Part shown: piece by piece, positions 1 to 10,460 of the stretch
Numbering within the stretch: the first letter of the stretch is position 1
Layout: every line of letters starts with the position of its first letter
From: Gemmatimonadota bacterium
Lineage (GTDB): Bacteria; Gemmatimonadota; Gemmatimonadetes; Gemmatimonadales; GWC2-71-9
Assembly (NCBI GenBank): GCA_036679605.1
Contig: JAZDCZ010000254.1
Coordinates: forward strand, 32,001-96,000
Length of the DNA: 64,000 nt
Reading direction: 5' to 3'
The notes under the pieces: generated by a model
Seen by the model: the letters and a program-made list of their open reading frames with translations, nothing else
Database searches by the model: none
What the model was told of the DNA's origin: nothing
Position numbers and translations under genes: made by a program

Positions 1-1
1 C

Positions 2-1072
2 CTCGACGACGTCGCGATGCTGCAATACACAGGTGGTACAACCGGAGTCTCTAAGGGAGCGATGCTGACCCATCGCAACGTCTCGTACAATTTGCAACAG
101 ATTGCGCGGTGGAATCATGGTGTCGAGCCCGGCAAGGAGGTCCTCCTCGCATGCCTCCCGTATTTTCACATTTATGGCCTGACCGTATCGATGAACATGC
201 CGATTCATCTCGGAGCCCAAATCATTCTTGTGCCCAACCCCCGTGATATTACTGGCATCATCAAGAGCATCCAAAAACGTGGCGTGACGTTGCTCCCGGC
301 TGTCCCAGCAATCTATAGCGGGATCAATCAATCTCCCGGTGTAAGTAGGTTGGACCTCAGTAGCATCAAGGTGTGCAACTCGGGGTCCGCGCCGTTGCCA
401 GTGGAGGTGCTCGAACGCTTCGAAGAGCTTACCGGCGGTAGGATCGCCGAGGGATACGGCCTAACCGAAACATCGCCAGTGACGCACTCCAATCCGCTGA
501 CAAAGAGAAAGCCTGGCAGCATCGGTGTTCCGCTCCCTGACACAGATGCAAAGATCGTAGATTTGGAGAATGGCGTTTCTCAAATGCCAAACGGACAGGA
601 AGGCGAACTGATTCTACGGGGGCCGCAGATAATGAAAGGATATTGGAACAGGCCCGACGAAACCGCAGACATGATAAGAGACGGCTGGCTCTACACGGGC
701 GACATTGCCGTGCAGGACGACGACGGATATTTCTACATAGTCGGTCGCAAGAAGGACATGATCCTCTGCTCCGGATACAATGTCTACCCCGACGAAGTGG
801 ACCGCGTATTGATGGGACATGCCGCCGTGCTAGAGGCCGCCACCATAGGTATTCCCGACAAGAAGCGCGGTGAGAGCGTCAAATCGTTTGTGGTGCTGAA
901 GCCCGACAGCGCGGCAACCGCCGAAAACCTAGTAGCCTACTGCCGCGAGCGGCTCGCGGCGTACAAGATTCCGCGCCAGATAGAATTTCGGGACAGCCTT
1001 CCCAAGAGCACCGTACTGAAGATCCTGCGCCGCGAGCTACGCGATCAAGAACTCGCTGGAGATGGTCATTGA
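2..1072 (+). CDS. Long-chain fatty acid--CoA ligase (AMP-binding enzyme), 5'-truncated by window edge
   Basis: YTGGTTGVSKG P-loop, EGYGLTE, WLYTGD, GRKKDMI, and LPKS..LKILR motifs; frame is open from the window start. Confidence 0.92.
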   Translation, partial: LDDVAMLQYTGGTTGVSKGAMLTHRNVSYNLQQIARWNHGVEPGKEVLLACLPYFHIYGLTVSMNMPIHLGAQIILVPNPRDITGIIKSIQKRGVTLLPAVPAIYSGINQSPGVSRLDLSSIKVCNSGSAPLPVEVLERFEELTGGRIAEGYGLTETSPVTHSNPLTKRKPGSIGVPLPDTDAKIVDLENGVSQMPNGQEGELILRGPQIMKGYWNRPDETADMIRDGWLYTGDIAVQDDDGYFYIVGRKKDMILCSGYNVYPDEVDRVLMGHAAVLEAATIGIPDKKRGESVKSFVVLKPDSAATAENLVAYCRERLAAYKIPRQIEFRDSLPKSTVLKILRRELRDQELAGDGH

Positions 1073-1776
1073 AAACTCGCTTCCGAACATTGCGAAGCGT
1101 GAACCTCGCAGTAGTCAACTGTCGTCGCTGTCCACGCCTTGTGGACCACTGTACTCACATCTCACAGACGAAGAAACACGCATTCAAAGACTGGGAATAC
1201 TGGGGAAAGCCAGTACCCGGATTCGGTGACCCGCGAGCCCGACTTCTGATCGTAGGCCTCGCGCCGGCCGCCCATGGCGCCAATCGCACCGGTCGCATGT
1301 TCACGGGAGATTCCAGCGGTAACTGGCTGTACGAAGCTCTATTTCGGTTTGGCTTTGCAAACCAATCTGATTCGTTGTCCCGCGACGACGGCATGGAACT
1401 GACCGACTGCTACATAACGGCAGCCGCCCGCTGCGCACCCCCGGGCAACAAGCCGACCAAGGAAGAATTCGAGCGATGCGGCAGGTATCTCGAGGCAGAC
1501 CTGAGTCTCCTAACGAATGTGTGTGTGACCTTGGCTCTTGGAAGGCTCGCCTATCAATGGTGGCTCAAGGCAGCGGGGTGGTGGAACAGCTTGACTCCCG
1601 GCGAGCGGCCGCAATTCGGCCATGGTATTGCTACATCTCTACCAAACGGCACCAGCCTCATAACGTCATACCACCCGAGCAGACAAAACACCAACACGCG
1701 TAAACTGACAAAAGATATGTGGTACGATGTATTTCGCTTAACAAGAAACCTTCTAGGGAAGCGGCACGAGACGTGA
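1069..1776 (+). CDS. Uracil-DNA glycosylase, family 5 (UdgB-like, Fe-S)
   Basis: CRRCPRL Fe-S motif, family-5 signature GLAPAAHGANRTGRMFTGD, YHPSRQN; TTG start overlaps the upstream stop. Confidence 0.9.
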   Translation: MKTRFRTLRSVNLAVVNCRRCPRLVDHCTHISQTKKHAFKDWEYWGKPVPGFGDPRARLLIVGLAPAAHGANRTGRMFTGDSSGNWLYEALFRFGFANQSDSLSRDDGMELTDCYITAAARCAPPGNKPTKEEFERCGRYLEADLSLLTNVCVTLALGRLAYQWWLKAAGWWNSLTPGERPQFGHGIATSLPNGTSLITSYHPSRQNTNTRKLTKDMWYDVFRLTRNLLGKRHET

Positions 1777-2348
1777 AATTACACAACTACAATAATTGCC
1801 TGCTCTATATCGTATGCCTGCTAGCACTGCAATCGCCCTTCGGATCCACGCTCTGGGCACAGGTAGCGATTCATCCGACCAGTACAACGCCTGCGGCGTG
1901 GGAGCGGTTTTCCGTTCGTGTCGCGAATAACACCGATACAGCCACGATCTCGATTCGGCTCGATCTTCCCGAGGCAATAACGGTACTTGGTGTTGATGCG
2001 CCAACCGGTTGGACCTTTGACCTGCAAGCCGGTACCGCGACGAATCCGCAGTCGATCGTTTGGTCTGGTAGTGAACTTCGCAAGGGCGACTTCCGAGAGT
2101 TCTCGTTCTTTGGTCGTATCAAAGGGGATGCCCGGAAAACCGAGTTGGTGCTACCTGTAACACTGGGTCGCGCTGCAGGTCCAGATCTCGAGTGGACTGA
2201 CAGCCCGGGCTCCACTCGTCGGGCTCAGCGCGTCGCTATCGTCGGTCGGACAAGTGTGTCAGCAGGCGGCGCAGTGGCGCTCGCCGGGGCCGCAATCGGA
2301 ATCGCTGCACTGGCGCTAGCGATCGCGCTGTCGAGAAAGAAAACGTGA
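1773..2348 (+). CDS. YcnI/DUF1775-like exported protein with C-terminal membrane anchor
   Basis: Signal peptide, RFSVRVANN..T..IRLDLP, PTGW, IVWSG..L..GDFREFSF pattern, C-terminal TM plus basic tail; GTGA overlap with the UDG stop. Confidence 0.65.
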   Translation: MKLHNYNNCLLYIVCLLALQSPFGSTLWAQVAIHPTSTTPAAWERFSVRVANNTDTATISIRLDLPEAITVLGVDAPTGWTFDLQAGTATNPQSIVWSGSELRKGDFREFSFFGRIKGDARKTELVLPVTLGRAAGPDLEWTDSPGSTRRAQRVAIVGRTSVSAGGAVALAGAAIGIAALALAIALSRKKT

Positions 2349-2407
2349 GACGCGGTCCGGGCACCACCGGCATGCTGCACGGCCGACGAAACCATGGCCG
2401 CAGGCCG

Positions 2408-3316
2408 CTAGTTGCCCGCCTTCTGATGCAATGTACTGTCCTTGGGAATGAGTTGATCAGCCTTCCAACTCAGAATCTTGAAAACCGTGCCCCCGGCCGG
2501 ATCGCGCACCCAGAAGGCTGAACTCGTCGAGTCAAACACCAGCTGTGTTAGCGTATCTCCCTGAAGCCCAAGGATGATGATACTACGATCTGGTCGATCG
2601 AAGTCCAGCGAGTCCATCTGCAGCTCAGTGGCAAAACCGTTGGCCTGGAGCGAGTCATACTGAGCGAGTAGGCGCCGCACTGCAGCAGTGTCAGCGGAGA
2701 CTCTCCCAACTCGCCACTCGTCTCCGCGCTTCGCCAGGTCGTAGCTCCGTTCGCCGCGCCGGGCTATGATCCGCCCAACACTGTCCGGTTCGACCATCAC
2801 GATCGTCTTGTCTCGCCACTCGTCGACACCCTGCCTGACAATACCGGTAAGAGTTCCAACATATTGGTAGACGAAGTCTTGGCCGGTAATACGAACATAT
2901 GAGGTGTTGAACTGCCGTCCGCGCTTGCCAAAGATGAGTGATGCCAGCTCATTGCCGCCACCCACCAGCCGTACGCTGACGCCGGAGGAGTCGACCTCCA
3001 TGCGCTTGTGCACCAGGGGGCTGGTGGAAATCAGCTCTGCCTCACTCGAATCAGCCAACCCGTTAAACAACCGCTTCATTACCAAGTTCGAGGCCTTGAA
3101 CCCGTTCACTGTCCAGCTGTCGCCATCGCGGACAAGAACAATGGTGTCGGACGATTTGACTATGGTGACCGTATCCATGTCACCGGGCAGGACTGCAGGA
3201 AGAACGAACACGGACTTGCTCTCGTCACGACCTCCACCCATAAGCTCCGAGAGCCCCCACAACAGTAGAGCCACACCCAGAACAACGACGATCCGCTTCA
3301 ACGTATTGGGGTTCAT
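2408..3316 (-). CDS. DUF4340 domain protein
   Basis: N-terminal TM, LIFGKRG...SYVR and WRDKTI motifs; lies downstream of the GldG-like gene as is typical. Confidence 0.75.
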   Translation of the reverse strand: MNPNTLKRIVVVLGVALLLWGLSELMGGGRDESKSVFVLPAVLPGDMDTVTIVKSSDTIVLVRDGDSWTVNGFKASNLVMKRLFNGLADSSEAELISTSPLVHKRMEVDSSGVSVRLVGGGNELASLIFGKRGRQFNTSYVRITGQDFVYQYVGTLTGIVRQGVDEWRDKTIVMVEPDSVGRIIARRGERSYDLAKRGDEWRVGRVSADTAAVRRLLAQYDSLQANGFATELQMDSLDFDRPDRSIIILGLQGDTLTQLVFDSTSSAFWVRDPAGGTVFKILSWKADQLIPKDSTLHQKAGN

Positions 3317-5595
3317 GTCGCCTCCGCGCCTTCCGGTCCGGCGTACACCATACGGGTGATCCTCCTCCGCCGCCGCCATAGCCTCACTACTGCCGACAAA
3401 ATCAATATGAGCGGCACACCAATGACGTTGCTGTACTTCACCAGGTCACGGGTAACGTCACTTGTGAATAGCAATCCAGGGGGTGTACGGTTCTTGGACC
3501 GAATTGAAATCAACCCTTCGTCTTGCGCCAACCAATCCACCGCATTCTGAACAAACACAACGTTACGTGGCGCGTTCCTCACCCATTGGTCACTGGCAAA
3601 TTCTCCATTACCGATGACAACCAGACGTCCAGTTGGCAAGGTAGTAGACGACTGGTCGTCATTGTCTTCATCTTTGTCCCCTTCTGCCGCACCAGGATTC
3701 ACCAATACACCGACTAACCGAACATCCAAACTGTCCTGCGGGAACTGGCTACGCCGAGGATCGATATAGGCTTGGCCTGACTCTACTCCACCTGCCTCGC
3801 TTGTAACGAGTAGCGGAATAACAGTACCCGGAACCGCGCTCGATGTATCTACAGCGCTAGTCCACGGCATGAAGACACTTTCTATGTCCTGGTTCAAAGG
3901 AGACAGTTTTGTGCTGACGGCACGTAACCAGAACGGATAGCTGCGCAACAAATTTCCGAACGACGTGGGCAACGCCACTCTCTCGTTCGACAGAAGGTCG
4001 TAGACGATCTCTAGCTGAATAGAGACACCGTACGCCTCTAGAATCTTATTCCATCCCACCGGCTGAGGTTGAGCAAACGGCTGCTGCGGCTGAAGTATCA
4101 TGCCGGTCGCCATCACGAGAGCGTTTCCGCCTTCTCGCAGGAACGCCTCCAGCTTCTGGGCCACGGAGTCTGCGACCATCGTGGGAGACCCAGCGAGCAC
4201 CAAGGCTGCGAAATCTCCTGACTTCAGAGAATCGGTTGCCAACCGGACCGTGCGCACCTCATAACCATCTCTCAACTGCTGTTTGAGCGCCTGGAACGCC
4301 GGCGGCCTTCCCTGCGGGCCCGAGGGCGGCAAGCTCTCCACGAAGCCGATCGTGGGCTTGCTCTCCCTCGTCAGCGCGCGAACATACGAGGCGAGCCGGT
4401 ATTCGAGATCTTCTGTTTGCCTAATTAACGGTATGGTTTCCGTCTGATCGGCGTATTGCAGCGCTATCCCCAGATAGCCTTCCTTCACCTGCAATTCCCG
4501 ATCGCCGACCACGTTGAATTGAACCGGCGGAATGTTGAGGGCTTGAGCTTCTTTGGCCACCTCTTCGTCGCTAGCCGGGTCGCGCTCGAGCACCCGCACT
4601 TTACCCTTGCCCGAAGCCCGGAAATCACTGAGAAGATCATCTAGATCCCGCTTGAGCAGCGAGATCTCGGGCGGCAGCTCCTTGGACACAAAGAGCTTGA
4701 TCGTTACTAAATCGTCGAGGTTGCCAAGCAGATCTTTCGTAGCCTTCGACAACGTGTAGGCGTTGCCCGGTGTTAAGTCGAGCCGGCCACCGATATGACG
4801 GCCAAAGAGGTTCACTACTACCAGCGTGACAATGGTCAACGAAGTGCCGAGCCGCAGCCGCTTGAGCGTGGCGCCGGCGGGCGCAAGTTTGCGACCCATG
4901 ATAACGCCATATGCAAGCACCACGAATATTGTAGTCAGGGTAGCGAAGTAAACGGCGTCCCTTAAATCGATCACCCCTCTCGCAACATTCTGGAAGTGGG
5001 ACAGGACACCTAGGTTGGCGGCAATCGCTGCCAAGCTTGGCGGCAGCCCTACAACGAGTGCGTTTAATCCAACGAACATCAGAAGAAACATCACGGCTAC
5101 ACCGATAATGAACGCAGTGATCTGGTCCTTGCTCATGCTCGACGCCCACAACCCGATACCACAGAATCCGGCCGCCAGTAGCGCGGCACCGACATATTGT
5201 GAAAAAATTACACCTGCGTGTAAGTCAGCTCCCAAACTAAATCCAACAGGGATCAGCCAGGTGAGAGCCAACGCAAACCAGATGAACAACAGTTGAGCCA
5301 AGTACTTACCCACCAGTAGCTCGAGTTCCGAGATCGGCTGAGCAAGCAGGACCTCCAACGTTCCGGCCCTAATGTCCTCCGACAGCGCCCTCATCGTTAC
5401 GGCAGGAATGAAGAACAGGAACATCCATGGGAGGAAGTCGAACATCGGGCGCATCGATGCGACGCCCATTAGATAGGCTTGGCGGAAGAAGAGGAAATTA
5501 TTGAGTCCAACAAACACGACCAGCAAGATGTACCCCATCGGCTGGTCGAACATGGCCTTGAGATCCCGGCGGACGATCGTAACGATAGCTCTCAC
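3313..5595 (-). CDS. ABC transporter permease fused to GldG-family auxiliary domain (GldF-GldG-like fusion)
   Basis: SEDIRAGTLEVLL, RGVIDLRDAVYF, RLDLT..NAYTLS, EYRLAS, NAVDWL..DEGLISIRSK; GTG start overlaps the ATPase stop. Confidence 0.85.
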   Translation of the reverse strand: MRAIVTIVRRDLKAMFDQPMGYILLVVFVGLNNFLFFRQAYLMGVASMRPMFDFLPWMFLFFIPAVTMRALSEDIRAGTLEVLLAQPISELELLVGKYLAQLLFIWFALALTWLIPVGFSLGADLHAGVIFSQYVGAALLAAGFCGIGLWASSMSKDQITAFIIGVAVMFLLMFVGLNALVVGLPPSLAAIAANLGVLSHFQNVARGVIDLRDAVYFATLTTIFVVLAYGVIMGRKLAPAGATLKRLRLGTSLTIVTLVVVNLFGRHIGGRLDLTPGNAYTLSKATKDLLGNLDDLVTIKLFVSKELPPEISLLKRDLDDLLSDFRASGKGKVRVLERDPASDEEVAKEAQALNIPPVQFNVVGDRELQVKEGYLGIALQYADQTETIPLIRQTEDLEYRLASYVRALTRESKPTIGFVESLPPSGPQGRPPAFQALKQQLRDGYEVRTVRLATDSLKSGDFAALVLAGSPTMVADSVAQKLEAFLREGGNALVMATGMILQPQQPFAQPQPVGWNKILEAYGVSIQLEIVYDLLSNERVALPTSFGNLLRSYPFWLRAVSTKLSPLNQDIESVFMPWTSAVDTSSAVPGTVIPLLVTSEAGGVESGQAYIDPRRSQFPQDSLDVRLVGVLVNPGAAEGDKDEDNDDQSSTTLPTGRLVVIGNGEFASDQWVRNAPRNVVFVQNAVDWLAQDEGLISIRSKNRTPPGLLFTSDVTRDLVKYSNVIGVPLILILSAVVRLWRRRRRITRMVYAGPEGAEAT

Positions 5596-6530
5596 GCCGC
5601 CTCCCCTGTTGTGAGCTGATGAAACAACTCCTCCAGGCTTCTCGTCTCCTGGTGCAGCTCGTACAGTGTCCAACCGCTCGACTTGGCCAAGTCAAAAATT
5701 GCAGGTCGAACTTCACTGGCGGCTTCCGCAGAAAGCTCGACAGTAACCCGGTCGCCTGACTCACGCACTTCCCTCACCCGCTGAACACCCTCCAGCTTAC
5801 CCAATGCCGAGGGGATCCCGGAGCCCGCCGCTTCGACACTGATCTGCACGATGCCACTGGCTTGTGCTACAAGTTGCTCAACCGGACCGTCAGCTACGAT
5901 CGCTCCGTGGTGAATGACCAAGAGCCGCGAGCACATGTGCTGCACCTCGGGAAGCACATGAGTCGACAGTATCACGGTGCGCTCCTTACCCAATTCGTCG
6001 ATCAGCCGCCGTATCTCTACGCGCTGATTGGGATCCAATCCTTCGGTCGGCTCGTCGAGCACAAGCAGGTCGGGGCGGTGCAGAATGGCCTGAGCGAGAC
6101 CGACACGCTGCTTATATCCCTTCGACAACTCGCCGATCGGCCGATAATACACTTCGGCAATCCCGGTGCCCGTGACCGCCTCGTCGATGCCATGGGCCCG
6201 ATCACTGCCCTGGAGTTCGCGCAAGTTTGCAATGAAATCCAGATATTCGGCAACCAGCATGTCGCCATATAGTGGATTGTTCTCGGGTAGGTATCCTATC
6301 CGGCGCTTGGCGTCGCGCGATACATCACCTAACGAGTCACCGTCAAAAAAGACCTCGCCTTCATCGGGCTCGAAGAACTGGTTGATAATCCGCATAGTCG
6401 TAGACTTGCCGGCTCCGTTCGGTCCGAGAAAGCCTACGACTTCGCCGCGGTCCACAGAGAAGGAAACGTCGTCTACTGCGCTGACGCTTCCGAACCGTTT
6501 CGAAACATTGTTGAGAGAGAGTAGCGACAT
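5592..6530 (-). CDS. ABC transporter ATP-binding protein (GldA-like)
   Basis: Walker A GPNGAGKST, signature LSKGYKQRVG, Walker B LLVLDEPT, H-loop STH. Confidence 0.93.
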   Translation of the reverse strand: MSLLSLNNVSKRFGSVSAVDDVSFSVDRGEVVGFLGPNGAGKSTTMRIINQFFEPDEGEVFFDGDSLGDVSRDAKRRIGYLPENNPLYGDMLVAEYLDFIANLRELQGSDRAHGIDEAVTGTGIAEVYYRPIGELSKGYKQRVGLAQAILHRPDLLVLDEPTEGLDPNQRVEIRRLIDELGKERTVILSTHVLPEVQHMCSRLLVIHHGAIVADGPVEQLVAQASGIVQISVEAAGSGIPSALGKLEGVQRVREVRESGDRVTVELSAEAASEVRPAIFDLAKSSGWTLYELHQETRSLEELFHQLTTGEAA

Positions 6531-6630
6531 CCTATATATGGTAGTGGGATTAGTGCTCGAAAGCCGGGTTTCCGGACAGAATGGAAAATCATAATAGGTT
6601 GCGCCCGGCATTCAACCCCGACCCCAACAC

Positions 6631-6670
6631 TTGAAATTACCAAGCCAACCTGTACTTTGCGGTATAAAGT
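6631..6670 (+). promoter_or_regulatory. Putative sigma70 promoter with overlapping operator palindrome
   Basis: TTGAAA(6631)-N16-TACTTT(6653); ACTTT-N7-AAAGT palindrome at 6654-6670 upstream of an operon encoding a winged-helix regulator. Confidence 0.5.
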
Positions 6671-6701
6671 TCTTTTCCTCCAACTAGAGCCGGGGGGTAC
6701 A

Positions 6702-7283
6702 GTGACCACTCCCACGTACGAGGACAGGCAGGACCCAAAGGAAACTCTGGCATACATCCGGCGCACCATGGAGTCGGCAACCACTTTTTCGGCGGTATCC
6801 GGATGGGGGTTGGTGGCTGTAGGGACGGTCGGATTACTAGCCGCTTGGCTGGCGGCGGCTGGAGGCACCGCCGGAGACCTTCGGGTGTGGATCCCTGCAG
6901 CTGTCTTGTCGATTGCTATTGCGGCGACCGCCAACGCGATCAAGGCTCACCGAACCAGCGTACCGATCTGGTCCGGTGCGTTCCGCAAGGTCGTATGGGT
7001 GATGACCCCGGTACTCGTGGCTGGGGCCATGCTCACGTTCTCGTTGGCCGGCCATGAGCAATCAAACCTGTTGCCTGGCACATGGCTTGCGCTCTACGGC
7101 GCTGGAGTCACTGCGGGCGGGACCTTCTCGGTCCGTGCCCTCAGATGGATGGGGCTAGCCTTTCTGGGCCTTGGGGCGATCGCACTGTTCCGTCCCGACC
7201 TCGGGCTGTTTCTCCTCGGCGCCGGCTTCGGGGGCCTACACATCCTGATTGGAATGGACCTGGTTTGGAGACACGGTGGGTAG
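6702..7283 (+). CDS. Multi-pass membrane protein
   Basis: About six hydrophobic segments after ETLAYIRRTME; GTG start at 6702 inferred. Confidence 0.7.
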   Translation: MTTPTYEDRQDPKETLAYIRRTMESATTFSAVSGWGLVAVGTVGLLAAWLAAAGGTAGDLRVWIPAAVLSIAIAATANAIKAHRTSVPIWSGAFRKVVWVMTPVLVAGAMLTFSLAGHEQSNLLPGTWLALYGAGVTAGGTFSVRALRWMGLAFLGLGAIALFRPDLGLFLLGAGFGGLHILIGMDLVWRHGG

Positions 7284-7596
7284 CTCGGTGACCGAGGATC
7301 TGGACCGGTTGGTCCACGAGCGAATGCGACTTGGCATAGTCTCGGCGTTGGCGGCGGAAGAGCAGCTCAGCTTCGCAGATTTGAAGGGAGTGCTGCACAC
7401 GAGTGATGGCAACTTGAGCGTACATGCCCGCAAGCTCGAGGAGGCTGGCTACATCAAGGTCACGAAGGGGTTCGAGGACCGAAAACCGAGGACCGAATAC
7501 AGATTGACCACGAAAGGGCGGAAGGCTTTGGAGTCTTATCTCAATAACATGGAGATCATTCTGAGCGAAGCGCGTGACGCACTGGAGCGGACATGA
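7276..7596 (+). CDS. Winged-helix transcriptional regulator (HTH_34/ArsR-like)
   Basis: LDRLVHERMRLGIVSAL..SDGNLSVHARKLEEAGYI..KPRTEYRLT..GRKAL. Confidence 0.88.
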   Translation: MGSSVTEDLDRLVHERMRLGIVSALAAEEQLSFADLKGVLHTSDGNLSVHARKLEEAGYIKVTKGFEDRKPRTEYRLTTKGRKALESYLNNMEIILSEARDALERT

Positions 7597-8324
7597 GTGG
7601 TTTGCACGTCGGAATCATCATGGACGGAAACGGCCGCTGGGCACGAGATCGTGTGAGACCTCGCTGGAGAGGACACCTGGCAGGAATAGAGAGTGTCCGC
7701 GACATCGTTAGAGGCGCCCCGGAACTCGGTGTGACAATACTGACGCTGTATGCCTTCTCGAGCGATAACTGGAAGCGACCCGCTGCTGAGGTTGGACGGC
7801 TGTTCTGGTTACTGCGAGAGTTTTGTCGTAGTGAACACGATGAATTGATCGATACCGGGGTGAAGGTCTCACCCATAGGCCGGCGCGACCGAATGCCTCG
7901 GCGAGCTCTCGACGTGCTCGAAGATCTGGAACAAGCCACCGCATCCGGCACAAGATTACACTTGAGACTCGCGCTTGATTACAGCTCTCGGTTCATGATC
8001 TCTCAGGCTGCCGCCGAGCTGGCCAAGTCGGTGGAACGAGGCACGCTTGCACCTGAAGAGATTTCCCCGGAGCTGATGCATCGTCAGCTAGTCCAGGACA
8101 CTGCGGATCTGGACCTGCTCATCCGCACTGCAGGAGAACAGCGTCTCTCAGATTTCCTCTTGTGGGAAGCCGCCTACGCCGAACTCTACTATACAGCGAC
8201 ACTGTGGCCGGACTTTCGCCAGGCCGACCTGGCGCTGGCGTTGTCAGAGTTCAGACAAAGAGAACGAAAGTTCGGCGGTCTGACCAAGCCAACCGAGCCG
8301 GCCCCCGCTGAGCTACGCACCTAA
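7593..8324 (+). CDS. uppS: cis-isoprenyl diphosphate synthase (undecaprenyl-PP synthase family)
   Basis: HVGIIMDGNGRWA, YAFSSDNWKRP, DLLIRTAGEQRLSDFLLWE, LWPDF, RERKFGG. Confidence 0.93.
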   Translation: MSGLHVGIIMDGNGRWARDRVRPRWRGHLAGIESVRDIVRGAPELGVTILTLYAFSSDNWKRPAAEVGRLFWLLREFCRSEHDELIDTGVKVSPIGRRDRMPRRALDVLEDLEQATASGTRLHLRLALDYSSRFMISQAAAELAKSVERGTLAPEEISPELMHRQLVQDTADLDLLIRTAGEQRLSDFLLWEAAYAELYYTATLWPDFRQADLALALSEFRQRERKFGGLTKPTEPAPAELRT

Positions 8325-8337
8325 CCGGAATCCGTCG

Positions 8338-9075
8338 ATGGTTCGTGTTGACCTCCACAGCCACACTCGCGTTTCTCACGACGCATGGATCGCACCGGAC
8401 CAAATTGTTCCCCGCGCCATAGATGCCGGACTAGATCACATAGCAATCACCGATCATGGCCGAATCGATGCGGCCCTAGAGCTGCACTCCAGGTATCCCG
8501 AACACGTAATTGTCGGGGAAGAGATGAAATGTGCCGATGGCACCGATCTCATCGGTCTCTTCATAGCACACAACATCCCCTCGGGACTGACGGTCGCGGA
8601 GACCGCGGAGCGAGTTCGTGAACAAGGTGGTCTAGTGTACGCACCTCATCCGTATGCGTATGCCACACATCCGATGCGACACGCCCGGAAGATCCTCGAG
8701 GTGGCAGACGTGGTCGAGGTGTTCAATTCACGCGCTTTTCTACCACGTTGGAACCGTTTGGCGATGCTCGCGGCACAAGAACACGGGCTTCCAGCTGCGG
8801 CGAGTTCCGATGCGCACTTCTCGCACGAACTGGGGCGAGCTTATACGGAAATGCCGGCGTTTGGTGGGGCAGATGAGTTCAGGAACTCTGTCGCGGTGGG
8901 CAAACCTCATGGCAGGAGCCTAGGATCTCCTTGGCTTCACGTTGCATCCGTGCTGCTAGCGAGTGCGAGACGATTGTCGGTACGTGGCAACCAAGAGCCG
9001 GTTATGGAGGAACCCAACCGGTCTAATCGATACGCAACCAACCCGCGCGCCCGCTTGGAGCCTCGACGTAGATAA
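8338..9075 (+). CDS. PHP-domain metal-dependent phosphoesterase
   Basis: DLHSHT, AITDH, GEE, APHP, EVFNSR, SSDAH. Confidence 0.88.
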   Translation: MVRVDLHSHTRVSHDAWIAPDQIVPRAIDAGLDHIAITDHGRIDAALELHSRYPEHVIVGEEMKCADGTDLIGLFIAHNIPSGLTVAETAERVREQGGLVYAPHPYAYATHPMRHARKILEVADVVEVFNSRAFLPRWNRLAMLAAQEHGLPAAASSDAHFSHELGRAYTEMPAFGGADEFRNSVAVGKPHGRSLGSPWLHVASVLLASARRLSVRGNQEPVMEEPNRSNRYATNPRARLEPRRR

Positions 9076-10381
9076 AGCCCTCGAACTCCCCTAACACTGG
9101 GACTTCTGCACCCGCGACGACGCTGTCGAGCGCTGCCGCCGCCAGTGCCGGCCGACTTCGAAGCAGTGTACCGCTGGTCACGACTTCACGGCGAAGGGGC
9201 GCGCCTATCAACTCCGTGACGCTTGCCTGAACAAAGCCGCTCAACCCGTTGGGCATCTCTACGCGATACCAGTTGCCTACTCCGGCCACAACGTGAAGCG
9301 GCGTGTGCGCCACCAACTCCGACACCACGGTAGAGCGCGTCCGAGGCAGTGTTCGTACTCTGGTACGGTCACGGGTCACACGCACCCAAGCGCCAACGGC
9401 TGTGCTGTCTCCGCTGAACGCCTGAGTCGCAGTTGGTGGCTCATAGAGAGCCGGATATGGATCGAAGGCCCCAAATCCACGCTGATAGACCCCAAAGTGC
9501 AGGTGCGGCGGTGTAGTTCTGGCGTTCCCAGTATTGCCCACCAAACCCAACGTGTCACCCGGCATGACTTTCGTACCGCGCTCCACGAGATGGCGATCGA
9601 GGTGAGCGTAATACAGTGACCTGCCGATCTCGTCTCGGAGCCAGATCACGTTGCCGCCCAGCCGGTTGGTCCCGGTCCGAACGACGGTACCCTTCGCCGC
9701 AGCGACAACTGGGGTCCCACGGGGCGCGAAAATGTCCACCCCTTCATGACGACGACGTCCGCCATCTCGCCGTGCAAACCACCCACTTCTAATTGCGGTC
9801 GTGTCGTGGCCGTCCACAGGAAACGCCAGCGATGCGCCTACCAGAATCGTAACCGTATAGCGCCCACCGCGAAGCAGTTCCGGCTGCACCCGCAAAACGT
9901 AATCGCCGTCGCGTCGGGCAACGTACTCAAGGTCACGATCCGAGCTGTCTGCGCTTGCGAGGAGAATCGGAGATCTCCTGGTACCATTGGGAACAACGAA
10001 CATGTCTAGGAAAACCCTGAACCCCGTATCCGCTTCGACCTCCATACTCGCCATCACCCGCTGACCGCGTCTCAGCGTCATCTGGTACCCCACGGCTCCG
10101 GGCTCAGCGGGATCCAGATAACTCACTTCGTGATAGGGCGTTACTACTGATACCGGTTGCGAAAGGGCATGACCCGAAGCAGACAGCCAATCGCGGCCCA
10201 GTGCAGTCTGGGCGAGCCCCATGTCTCGCAAGCTCCGTTCGTAGCGCTCGTGCGGTGTATAACCAACGGCAAGATTTCCTATCGCCTCCCCTCCACATGA
10301 GGCAGCGGCGAGTGAAGCTGCTACGATCGCCGTCACCCGAATGAATCCGGCTGCAGATCTGTGTGATGCAGTTGTGGTCAT
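9023..10381 (-). CDS. M23 family peptidoglycan endopeptidase lipoprotein with C-terminal SH3-like domains
   Basis: Lipobox AASC, HEGVDI, YYAHL, PHLHF; NWYRVE..GFV SH3b-like repeats. Confidence 0.88.
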   Translation of the reverse strand: MTTTASHRSAAGFIRVTAIVAASLAAASCGGEAIGNLAVGYTPHERYERSLRDMGLAQTALGRDWLSASGHALSQPVSVVTPYHEVSYLDPAEPGAVGYQMTLRRGQRVMASMEVEADTGFRVFLDMFVVPNGTRRSPILLASADSSDRDLEYVARRDGDYVLRVQPELLRGGRYTVTILVGASLAFPVDGHDTTAIRSGWFARRDGGRRRHEGVDIFAPRGTPVVAAAKGTVVRTGTNRLGGNVIWLRDEIGRSLYYAHLDRHLVERGTKVMPGDTLGLVGNTGNARTTPPHLHFGVYQRGFGAFDPYPALYEPPTATQAFSGDSTAVGAWVRVTRDRTRVRTLPRTRSTVVSELVAHTPLHVVAGVGNWYRVEMPNGLSGFVQASVTELIGAPLRREVVTSGTLLRSRPALAAAALDSVVAGAEVPVLGEFEGFIYVEAPSGRAGWLRID

Positions 10382-10460
10382 CCTAGAACATGCTCCTCAC
10401 CGACAAAAACACGGCACTATATTGTGCGTGTTCCCAAACACGATACATGGAGCAACCTCT

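Noticed and set aside
2408..6530. Gliding motility locus
   Set aside because: GldA/F/G-like ABC plus DUF4340 modules are widespread in non-gliding bacteria; no other gld, spr or T9SS genes here.
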